DNA from: Calcarisporiella thermophila CBS 279.70
Lineage: Eukaryota; Fungi; Calcarisporiellomycota
DNA length: 37,252 nucleotides
NCBI RefSeq assembly: GCF_041956535.1
Contig: NW_027192196.1
Coordinates: forward strand, 104,566 to 141,817
Direction: 5' to 3'
The translations under genes and the position numbers were made by a program. A model generated the notes under the pieces. That model was given only the letters and a program-made list of their open reading frames with translations. It searched no databases and was not told the origin of the DNA. Of this stretch, positions 35,564 to 37,252 are shown one piece after another (the first letter of the stretch is position 1; each line of letters begins with the position of its first letter).

Positions 35564-35905
35564 TTAAATAATGCAGGTAACTTCGACTGAGTCAATCTTG
35601 TTATCGGCTTCTGCGCTAAGCTCATCCTTCCACCAGCCACCCGTGCTTCTGCCTAGCCTATCACCATGACAGTCACGTTGAGACATAAACTTGGCCGTGC
35701 ATAATGGAGTAGCAGTGAAGACAAAGCTGCTGATCGTGTTCTCGTAGCCCCTATCGACATTATGGCAGTATGTGCCACTGTTGATAGAGTTGTCAACACT
35801 CAAGACCAGTCGACCCTCGCGGTTCTTTTTGGTCCAGCCACGGAGCACGTACGCATTTGCAATGGTGAAAAACAGGGTCGACAGAAGAAGGAGAGATCTC
35901 AACAT
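35564..35905 (-). CDS. Small secreted protein (113 aa), beta/gamma-crystallin-like
   Basis: Signal MLRSLLLLSTLFFTIANA; YCHNV..YENTISSFVF..CTAKFMSQRDCHG..DNKIDSVEVTC (twice-repeated N.ISS / N.IDS motif). Confidence 0.8.
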   Translation of the reverse strand: MLRSLLLLSTLFFTIANAYVLRGWTKKNREGRLVLSVDNSINSGTYCHNVDRGYENTISSFVFTATPLCTAKFMSQRDCHGDRLGRSTGGWWKDELSAEADNKIDSVEVTCII

Positions 35906-37252
35906 TTTGGTGATGAAGATTGTAGATTATAGAGGGAGAGCTCTGCTGGACGAGCCAATTTATAGCTTCTGGAGAGCTGGTCGGATAATTTCAAATGCAA
36001 GTCGGCTCTTTGATGCAGACATTAGCGGTAACTAGAGGTGTGATCTGTTCACGTTTATACCAATTAAGATCCCTTCTCCTTTATGGTATCTTCAAATCAC
36101 GCGAAATTTACGTTCCGGTCATGGCAAGTGGTGTAGGAAAAGAGTTTTGTGCTCAGTGGCGTATTTGTGAGGCTGATGACCACCCCTCCGTTTGCACTTT
36201 TCAAACTCCTAATGCCCACAAGTGATCGCTTCATTAACTTTAACTCATTTTTTAATACCCATTCAAACTAAATATTTTGAACAGATTCTGAAAATAAAAT
36301 CGAGAACAAGTGCAATATCAAGACGTCTCAGAAATTTGTGGATTTGGGTTGCTATATCAAATTATTTCTTTACATAAAATATCTAGCTAAAGCGAAATGA
36401 AGTATTCAAAGTACAATCTCATTATACAAAAGCCAATTCAGCTAGATATTGAACGGTGCTCTCTTGTTGGACACGGGAATTTGCCGATGGATGATTCGAA
36501 ATTGAATAACTATATTACTGTATATTTCTACCGAGCATCCAATTTCCAAGTTCACACTCAGCTTTTTTCTGTGGAATCGAGATAGGATCTTCGGAATTTG
36601 ATTTAGAATTCTAGAAATATTTCTAGTATGGACACAATTAGTAGGAGGGATTTAAATTATTTTACCAACAGGCGAAATGGTAGAACGCGAACTGCCACCA
36701 AAATTTGCTGAGATCCTCGAAACTTAGGTTTGTTCCAATCCTTCACTCATTACTAATCCAAGACACGGAAGAAGGAGTGGATGTGAGCCATCCCATCTCT
36801 TTCCCGAATTTCGGCTAAACTAGAGATCATATCCACAGGAATCAAATAGACATAAGTTATTCTCCATTAAGGTTGTTTGTTTAGAAAGAGGTAACGAAAG
36901 ATATAACAATTCAAGTTAATTGAATTGGGTTAATTTTGGTGCGTGTAATTTTTCTTTCAGATTTCCTTCAACCTTACCACAAATTGAAAGAGTGGAGGAT
37001 GCTGATATGAACACCGTACCGATACGGCTGTCTCGGCTACAATTACGCCATTGTGGCATAAATTTCTTTAGGTATTTTCACAATAGCTTAGGCAATAGCT
37101 TAAGCTGGCAGGCGCACTTTAATTGGAGTAGATAGGCACAATAAGTGCAATATAATTGTTGTATTTCCCTTTTTTTTTAAATATAAAAAAAAAGGAAAAT
37201 AACTATTCGCTCAAGCTCTTCAAGAGAACCAGACTTTATAGCATTTTTTCTG

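Noticed and set aside
36611-36626. 16-bp perfect palindrome CTAGAAATATTTCTAG
   Set aside because: AT-rich and isolated, compatible with chance, with no associated feature.

Overview
Eukaryotic genomic DNA with short GT-AG introns, most consistent with an early-diverging fungus (inferred from the gene set: MRD1, KES1/OSH4-like, Ras, PNS1). The window has three compartments. (1) 1-6.7 kb: an AT-rich, intronless tandem array of four minus-strand genes or pseudogenes with 28-aa ribonuclease-inhibitor-type (NLRC3-like) LRRs. One copy reconstructs, across 3 frameshifts and 3 in-frame stops, to an MLKL-like four-helix-bundle + TKL-type protein kinase + LRR fusion; the other copies are kinase-less relatives. 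(2) 8-23.4 kb: a more GC-rich housekeeping block (tRNA-Arg, MRD1, LEA_2-like membrane protein, Osh4/Kes1-like OSBP, a second identical inverted tRNA-Arg, Ras, a SIM-RING E3, PNS1). (3) 24-37 kb: an AT-rich, gene-sparse island of small secreted proteins (an 8-Cys CSalpha-beta defensin-like peptide, a duplicated pair of 8-Cys peptides with an unfamiliar spacing, beta/gamma-crystallin-like proteins), an orphan membrane-protein ORF and a decayed Tc1/mariner transposase. The best candidate for an undescribed system is the MLKL-kinase-LRR / LRR-only cluster, a possible LRR-sensed cell-death or immune locus undergoing birth-and-death evolution. All family assignments come from motif recognition by eye; no database searches were run.
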